Source of the DNA: Diadema antillarum
Taxonomy: Eukaryota
NCBI RefSeq assembly: GCF_040938485.1
Contig: NW_027272187.1
Location: 1 to 64,000, forward strand
Direction of reading: 5' to 3'
Length of the DNA stretch: 64,000 bases
Each line of letters starts with the position of its first letter. Position 1 is the stretch's first letter. This document shows positions 57,601 through 64,000 of this stretch, one piece after another. A program made the translations under genes and the position numbers. Below the pieces are notes generated by a model that was not told the origin of the DNA, ran no database searches, and saw only the letters and a program-made list of their open reading frames with translations.

Positions 57601-60600
57601 TCTTAGAACTGGAAATGCTATTTAACATTGCCCTTGACCTCCTAATGTGGATACAGAGGCTACTGAAGCTGCGGAGGAGAGTGCTGTGAACAGTGAAGTA
57701 GCAGAGACGGCGAGTGAAACGGTCTCCATGGAAGCCGAGACCACGGAGACCAAAGAAGACGATGTCAAGAACGCAGTGGACGCCGAGGAGGATGTCGCAG
57801 ACAACTGGGATGACATGTCGGACGAGGAGGAAGATGACCAGGGCGAAAATGGTGAGATTCGTGAAGGGTGTAACAAAAAAAAAAAAATACAGTCAAATCT
57901 TCCCTCAGTTTGTTTCAAAGTTTGTGCTGTTGTATTACAGTGGCTGATGACTTGGATCACCGTCAGTTTAATGTAAAACCATAAATTTTCACGTGCATGA
58001 AACTTTCACGAGGAGCCAGGATTTATGAAAGGAAAATAAATGCCAAAGATTTTGTCTACACAATGCATTGAATGCCAGTGGCAATTTGGGAAAGTTTCAG
58101 TCATGCCACGGATGTTTCTAGTTTGACAGTACTCACCTGTTCGACACAGTGGTTTAAGAGGATTACTCAAAATGATACCGAATGCTTTTAATTAGTGTAT
58201 GTTTTTCCTTTGATTTAAAGAATTGCGAGATCAAAGCTGATTTTCTAAATTCTGTAGTTGATTTAAACGTGTGTGTGTCATAGTGCTGTGCATTTTGTGA
58301 GGCAAAATTGCAAGACCAGAAACCTCAAAGGCCATAATTGTGTATACCCTAATATCTTCAGAAAATTCAGTGACCATACGTATGCTCTCTGTGCAATCAA
58401 CCAGAGCCTAGATTGGCAGCATTTTGTTTTGTTTTTTCTCGCTCAGTTATTTTTTATTTATTCCGTACACATTTTTATGTACTGAAATGCACATACTGAA
58501 ACAATGTTCTTAAATAATGAAATGATGTACTGAATTTTATATGATGTATTCACTGCTTCGTTTGATTGATAAAACTAAAAAGGCCTGTCAGCTTTAAAAG
58601 TCTTATACATGTATTTCTACAGTTGTTTATTTAGAAAGTGTTTGGGTAAGACAAGGCTTTAGAAATAAAGATATGGTGTGAAAGAGAACTCTGCTGCAGT
58701 TGTTTTCATGGTCAAAAACTCTTTGATGCGAAACTACTTATTTTGATATTTATCTTATGCCTTGTGGCCATGCTACTATTTTGCAGCAGTAACAGCAAAA
58801 ACAGAAGGGAGCGCGGATGATGGAGATGAAGATGATGATGATGAGGAGGAGGATGAAGAGGAAGAGAGTGAAGAGGGAGGAGCTGTCGAGGACAAAATGC
58901 CCAAAGCTCAGATTACCATCAAAACGCAGGAGAGTAAGGAGGATGAGGATGAGGAAGATGATGATGAGGATGATGATGACGAAGATGAGGAATCAGATAG
59001 TGATGAGTTTTCCAGTGATGAGGAACTGACAAAGGAGGAGAAAACCAGGCAGAGGGTGTTGCAGAGGATACAGGTGAGACCAACACTCTGCTGTAGAAGG
59101 CCAAACTCTACTCCATATGGTATACAAGTGTAAAAACGAAAACGGCGCTGTTTAAAGGGGGGGGGGGGGGGGGGGGGGACCTCCGGATGATTTCCAGACT
59201 TTTACATTTGAACAACTTTAAATTAGTTAAACTGAGTACAGAGTTTCAGAATTTATAATGATTGGGATGAGGAATGAGAATGAGAATGTTTTCAAAATTT
59301 ATAACAAATTGCAATGAACAAGGATGATGATATTACAGCCTCACCATAAGAATGCAATGAGTTAGGGCTCAAGGAAGCAGAACAAAAGAAGAAGGCATGC
59401 ATAGATTCTTCATAGGTGAACTGGTTGAGCTAGCAGTATTGTAATGGAATTACACTGCAACATTTCTGAAATATGTGAGGCTCTGATGTCATCAACACTG
59501 TTCAGTGTAGTTTGTTTAAGAATGAAGTTTATTAGTTTCTCTGCCCAAGGACCAAAATAAATTCCACAAATCTATACATGGAGCTGTCGATTTATGTACT
59601 GCATGATGTGAAATTATGAAAATCGTCTGGAATGCCCCTTTAATTTCCATAACAATGTGTCGTCAACTCAGTGCCTTTACACATTACGAGCTCTACTTGA
59701 TCCAACATTATAAATGTTGAGCACTATGTCTACCTCCAAACCAACATAGTTTTGTAGATTTTCTCAGCAGTTTTTACATGTTGATGACCTCTGAAAATGC
59801 ATAATTAAAAGTTGTAAGCTCTGAAAATGCATAGTTTCTGTTGTGAACTGACAATGTTTTAGTCATGATAAAAAGGGAAAAAAAGTAGATGGATTACCAC
59901 ATATGCACTGTGGCAGTGCATGCTGCACAGTAATTCTGAGTTGCCAAAAGTGCAGACATAAACAACTGAAAGGGTGACCTCTTAAAATATAAATATGCAT
60001 TCCCAGTATGCCAACTTTTGCCTCGTTATCTTGTGCCATTGACAGAAACGCAAGGAACAGGCTGAAGCCAAGAAGTCCACGGATCACCTGAGGTCACCAG
60101 TTGTCTGTGTCTTGGGTCACGTTGACACAGGAAAGACCAAGATTCTTGATAAGGTATGTCTAGGTAGACTTTGGAACCTCGCAGATCTGAAATCTGATCT
60201 GAAATCTGAACCATTCATTGCTGTCAGGAAATATGTTTTGCAGTACTACTCGAAATACCCACCGGCCAGAGGCAATTTGCTGCCATGCTCCTCCCGCTGG
60301 CTGGAATGCCCCTTTACAAAAGCAAACCGTTCATGGCCACATTACGTGTTATTTTATTACTCATTTTTGGCCCTTTGAATGGATTTGTGCCCCCTAAAAA
60401 AAAATGGGCCTTGACCCAAATTTGATGACATATGAGAGAAGTGGTTTTGTATTCTTTTCTTCCCATTTATTTGTGCTGGTCTGTATGTACAATAAGTAAT
60501 TTCCATGTTTTTGCAGTTTAATTTTTCAAACTAATCACACACACACAAAAGAAATTACTACCAGAAATAAGCCCATACTATTTCCAATCGTCGTCCAAAC

Positions 60601-63600
60601 AAACTCATAATATAATGCATACTGCATCTTGGTTTCCATCCTTACTTTACTCTCCAGACATGTTGATATACGGTCATCAGTACTAGCTTCTTAGCAGGAG
60701 AGTCTGACAAGAATGTTTTATCTTATTGCCTGGAAAGAAACACATTTGTAGAATTCTATAATATGCCATTCTGCCACTTAGTGCTTTACAAAAATAAGCT
60801 AGGATTGATTTTGTGTACCTCTGTTTTGTAGAGTCTTTTAAAGACACGTTGCTAGCTTTGTTGTACACCAGTCCATCCCATCTGTCCATGTTGAAGGACT
60901 GATGTCTGACCATTCATCTTTGATTTTTAATGATGAAAAAGAGATTTTTATACTCAAACATGTTGCTGGGGTTGATGACAACACTCCCCAACAAGATTTG
61001 AAGAGAAGGAGTTGAAAATCATAATGATCCAATTTGAAACTCGTAGAATTCTCTGGAGCATGCAGATGGTGAAAAAGTGTTTGGGGTCATTTTATTATGC
61101 CTCCGCAACGAAGTGGCCGGAGGCATTATGTTTTCGGGTCGTCGTCCGTCCGTCCGTCCGTCCGTCCCGTTTTGTTTTTGTCGATATCTCAAGAACCGTG
61201 TGGTGGTTTTACATCAAACTTGGTATGAGGGTATATCCTTTGGGGGGATAATACTTTGTGTGGATTTTAGGGTCACAGGGTCAAAGGTCAAAGGTCACAG
61301 GTTATTTTGTGAAAAAAAAAATTTGAAATTTCATGTTTTTCTCCATATCTCGCAAATGGTTCAAGGTATCTTCATGGAACTTAGTATATATGCTTTTTAC
61401 CGATGGGCAGTGATTATCTAGGGAAGTTGGGGGTCATGGGTCAAAGGTCAGGGGGTCAAAGGTCGCGGTCAACTCCTCAAAATATCACTACTTTCCTTAA
61501 AATGCAATATGCCTGAAGGTTTTTTTAAAAAAAAACTTGATGTAATGGCATGTATTACCCAATATATATTTTTGGGGAAGTTTCTTGCCTAAAGGTCAAA
61601 GGTCAAAAGGTAAAAGGTCAAGTGAAAGTGCTAAATTGCACTTTTTCTTCCACATCTCGAAAGTAACTCAAGGTATCATCATGAAACTTACATATTTATG
61701 CATGTTCAACCTAACAGTGATTCTCTTTGGAACTGTGAGGTCAAAGGTCAAAGACCAGGTTTAGATAATGCTATTTTCCCATTTGATACTGAAATTATAC
61801 TTTTTCTCAATACCTTGAAAATTACTCAATGCATAAACTTATAAAAGGGTCAAAAGTCAAGTAAAAATCATCAATTCCCCAAATACCTTGCACTCTTACA
61901 TTTTAATCATTCATCCAATTGAACCTAGTTCTAGGAAAGTGAACATTCAGCACATTTGTGTCAAACCTGTCATTTTAATATTTTGCCAATTGTGTGAAAC
62001 TGTCATCACACATTGTCAAGACATTGTACTATAGACCTATTAGGAGAACCATGCATTATGGCGGAGGCATATCAGTAGCCGTAGCGATATATCTAGTTTA
62101 TTATGGGATTAAGATTTAGTTTAGCAAGATTACTTATTTGTTGAATGTGAGATAAAATGCATGAAATGAAATGTGTAATGAAACATTTAATACACATATT
62201 TCATCAGCCCCCTCTTTTTTTTTCTTTTTTTAAACCAAAATGGGGAGTTACATTGATGTTACTTAATGACAATTTTGGCAGTTTATGGTTACAAAGTTAG
62301 AATGATGAACACCAGTGATAAATGTAAAGCCAGGTACGTAATCAGGAGAGGTTTCTGGGGGTCGTGACTAGACATTGGCTCTCAATGTCAATGTGCCTAA
62401 TAAAAGCCACGAGCGGGACATTTTTTGTACAGTGCACTCCCGTTACAACGAACCAGGTTATAACGAAATTTCGTTATAACGAAGTAAATCTTCTGGTCCC
62501 AAAATTATTGCCATTAAAGTCTATGGTACAAAATTCGCTTATAACGAACACGGTTAATAGCGAAATTTCTGTTATAACGAAGTCTTTTCCGAGCGCCACA
62601 GACAAAGAAAAAAAAAAGAAATGTTCTCCGTTATAACAAAATGGCGAATTGCTTTCGAAAGTACGTAGTGGAACAAGCATTTTATAGCGTCTCTGCATGG
62701 GTGAAACGCTTGACACCACTGTGTGTTCGCTCCCTTGTGTCACGCATAGTTTCTGAGGGGAACTTGCGTTTGCTATTGTAATACAGTTATCCCATCACAT
62801 TTCACATAGCTTTCCAGTGTATGATGAGTGTTCCGCAAACAGAATATGATATATATACGTGGTTTCCTTGTTTTTGTTATATATTGTATTTGTTCGGTTA
62901 TAACGAAAGAAAACTGCCGGTCCCGAGCATTTCGTTTATAACGGGAGTACACTGTACTACAACATCATGTTTCGCCCCGACACAGATCCGACACAGCAAC
63001 GTCCAGGATGGTGAGGCTGGAGGTATCACTCAACAGATTGGTGCTACCATGGTCCCTCGGCCGGCCATCAAGGACCAAACCAAGATGTGCAGAGAGGTGA
63101 GGACAGCACACAAAAAATTGAGGGACGTCAAGTTCTGTGTTTGTGCAAATGTCAGTGCTATTTTGAACACACTACCACGGGGCAGCCATTCCAAACCTGA
63201 GATCAGTCGGTGTTAGCAGCTTAACCTCAAAACTTGTGGTGCCCCTCTTTAATCAAGCATATGACTTACAAATGCTGGGGGCATATAAGTGTACAATGCA
63301 AAAGAATGCACTATGATATCTTGTGTGTAGTACACACAAGCTGTTTCATTAGAGAATTGAAAAGGCAAAATGTAGGACTTTGTTCTACTAGCATATTTCA
63401 TGCACAGTGCGTTTATCTTTAGATAGTTGATATTTGTTCATTATTATTGATTACTTTTGGAATCAAGTGGGAATGTGCTGGGTATAAAATGGAAACTCAC
63501 CTATATTGGATGGAAGACATTAAAGTTTATCGTACTTGTACAGAATATTCTGTGTTTTATTTGCCTAGACAAATCCCATGTATAACTGGCACCATAAACT

Positions 63601-63905
63601 ATTGCATTGTGCATGTGTGTAACAAGAGTTGCTGAAAAGGTAGCCATATGGCTCTATTAATAATATGAAATATTTGTGGATTGTGTTGCGACAGTTTGCC
63701 AAAGAGGAGCTGAAAATCCCCGGTCTTCTGATCATCGATACCCCGGGTCACGAATCCTTCAGCAACCTGAGGTCAAGGGGCTCATCACTGTGCGACATTG
63801 CCATCTTAGTTGTCGACATCATGCACGGTCTGGAGCCGCAGACCATAGAATCCATCAACTTATTGAAGCAAACGGAAGACACCTTTTGTGGTCGCCCTTA
63901 ACAAG
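43217..63905 (+). CDS. EIF5B: Eukaryotic translation initiation factor 5B (5' part; gene continues beyond the window)
   Basis: Exons 43217-43266 ([16 protein letters not shown]), 46313-46382, 48532-48566, 49318-49441, 50540-50568, 51784-51991, 52834-53077, 54277-54393, 55766-55935, 56559-56766, 57657-57851, 58787-59073, 60046-60153, 62986-63096 and 63695-63905; phases are consistent. Charged N-terminus, KAMQEALKK, then [17 protein letters not shown] (G1), [13 protein letters not shown] (G2), [43 protein letters not shown] (G3), and PFVVALNK (G4, reached only after a frame correction near 63870). Confidence 0.95.
44085..44233. mobile_element. MULE-like element A (149 bp, internally deleted), 9-bp TSD AGTTGAGAG
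   Basis: Ends TTGACTGAAAGATTGGTCTGT... and ...ACAGATGGATCTTTCTGTCTA; AGTTGAGAG at 44076-44084 and 44234-44242. Confidence 0.75.
44243..44998. mobile_element. MULE-like element B (756 bp), inverted relative to A, 9-bp TSD AGTTGAGAG
   Basis: Ends TAGACAGAAAGATCCGTCTGT... and ...ACAGACCGATCTTTCGGTCAA; AGTTGAGAG at 44234-44242 and 44999-45007. Confidence 0.75.
44589..44747 (+). promoter_or_regulatory. Promoter-like cassette inside element B: palindromic CCAAT pair, YY1-type motif, splice donor
   Basis: Perfect 20-bp inverted repeat AGCCAATCACATGCGAGGTA (44589-44608) / TACCTCGCATGTGATTGGCT (44639-44658); CAAGATGGCG at 44667-44676; T|GTGAGT at 44741/44742. Confidence 0.45.
45031..45720. mobile_element. 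TA (or ATAT)-flanked TIR DNA transposon, non-autonomous (690 bp)
   Basis: TA|TGTGACCCAGCATCACAAAACAAACAGAAAGT ... ACTTTTTGTTCATTTTGTGATGCACGGTCACA|TA. Confidence 0.75.
46475..46855 (+). mobile_element. Kolobok-like TTAA MITE, family A copy 3 (eIF5B intron 2)
   Basis: TTAAAGGGATTGTATAGTTTTGGTTGAGACC ... CCAATACTATATCATCCCTTTAA. Confidence 0.85.
47159..48196. mobile_element. About 1-kb foldback (near-perfect palindrome) element with TTAA ends
   Basis: The left arm TTAAAGATAATAAAAAGTTTTGGTACCTCAAAAG... is the reverse complement of the right arm ...CTTTTGAGGTACCAAAACTTTTTATTATCTTTAA. Pairing continues to a spacer of about 35 nt near 47649-47682. Confidence 0.9.
51181..51290 (+). mobile_element. 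Degenerate CORE-type SINE fragment
   Basis: GGTTCAAACTC (B-box-like) followed by GTGTTGTTGAATGAGACACC...TCTCTCTAGGCAGG..TGTAAATGAGTAGC, which resembles the GTGTCCTTGAGCAAGACAC...CCCAGGTGTATAAATGGGTACC core. Confidence 0.4.
51520..51649. repeat. (TAG)n microsatellite
   Basis: Direct reading. Confidence 0.95.
52098..52335. mobile_element. Tc1/mariner (pogo/Tigger-like) MITE; partial relative at about 40732-40815
   Basis: TA|CTGTATACGCC ... GGCGTATACAG|TG, with repeated TTTCGCGAA subterminal motifs. Confidence 0.7.
53140..53345. mobile_element. Small TIR element carrying AACCCT/AACCTA telomere-like repeats
   Basis: GTGACATTT...TTGCTCCT at the left end and AGGAGCAAATGTCATGTCAC at the right end; internal CCTAATCCTAATCC and AACCCTAAACCTAACC. 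Confidence 0.5.
54021..54137. mobile_element. PIF/Harbinger-like MITE
   Basis: CAG|GGCCGCGTTTTAT ... ATAAAACAGGGCC|CAG: 3-bp CWG target duplication with GGCC termini. Confidence 0.55.
56778..57080. mobile_element. Possible TTAA-target element 11 bp downstream of an eIF5B donor
   Basis: TTAAAGACCCCATAGT ... ACTATGTCTTTAG; the TIR match is short and imperfect. Confidence 0.35.
59152..59643. mobile_element. Kolobok-like TTAA element, family C (G-run expanded in the left TIR)
   Basis: Left end TTAAAG(G)nACCTCCGGATGATTTCCAGA; right end, reverse-complemented, TTAAAGGGGCATTCCAGACGATTTTCATA. Confidence 0.55.
61091..62098 (+). mobile_element. Second non-autonomous Helentron-type (HINE/DINE-1-like) element
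   Basis: T-run, subTIR ATGCCTCCGC (61097-61106) with nearby inverted CCGGAGGCAT, a (CCGT)n microsatellite (about 61144-61165), and repeated GGTCAAAGGTCA motifs. The 3' end has GCGGAGGCATA (62061-62071) and then ...CTAG-TTT. Confidence 0.7.
62430..62954. mobile_element. Tc1/mariner (Tigger/pogo-like) MITE, 525 bp, TA TSD
   Basis: TA|CAGTGCACTCCCGTTACAACGAA ... TTCGTTTATAACGGGAGTACACTG|TA, with repeated TTATAACGAA motifs. Confidence 0.85.
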
Positions 63906-64000
63906 GTGGGACTTATTGTCACGGAAGGAGAAAATGAACATCAGAACCCTATGAATTTCATAGTGATTATAGTGTATATCCATTTTGTGCTATACCAGTT

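Noticed and set aside
46383-63694. Intronic C/D-box snoRNAs in eIF5B
   Set aside because: Several TGATGA hits were seen, but none had a suitably spaced CTGA and terminal stem on manual inspection; snoscan or Rfam would be decisive.

Overview
AT-rich, intron- and repeat-rich animal DNA with six N-gaps. It is probably echinoderm (sea urchin-like), inferred from the DEATH-NACHT-LRR NLR, the lengsin-like class I glutamine synthetase and the repeat types. Four protein-coding genes were assembled by hand from GT-AG junctions with consistent phases. (1) A lengsin-like class I glutamine-synthetase-family gene (+, CDS 5324-6694 in one exon). (2) A DEATH-NACHT-LRR NLR (+, about 16516-22770). (3) An SLC16/MCT-type MFS transporter (-, 32739-28287). 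(4) The 5' part of eIF5B (+, from 43217, running off the window). The rest is mostly non-autonomous mobile DNA (Kolobok-like TTAA elements, MULE-like 9-bp-TSD elements, Helentron-type, Tc1/mariner-type, CACTA-like, Harbinger-like, tRNA-derived SINEs, a decayed LINE endonuclease) plus microsatellites. The best leads follow. The NLR has Leu at the conserved WHD His, the equivalent of the autoactivating NLRC4 H443L change. The GS-I enzyme keeps its metal/ATP/glutamate residues but lacks the ammonia-handling ones, so it is probably a gamma-glutamyl-amine ligase. Two inverted MULE-like elements share three identical 9-bp target copies and carry a promoter-like/splice-donor cassette in eIF5B intron 1. 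There is a 1-kb foldback in eIF5B intron 2 and a +1 frameshift in the eIF5B G domain, probably an assembly error. I see no clear multi-gene novel system; all functional claims are hypotheses from manual reading without database searches.
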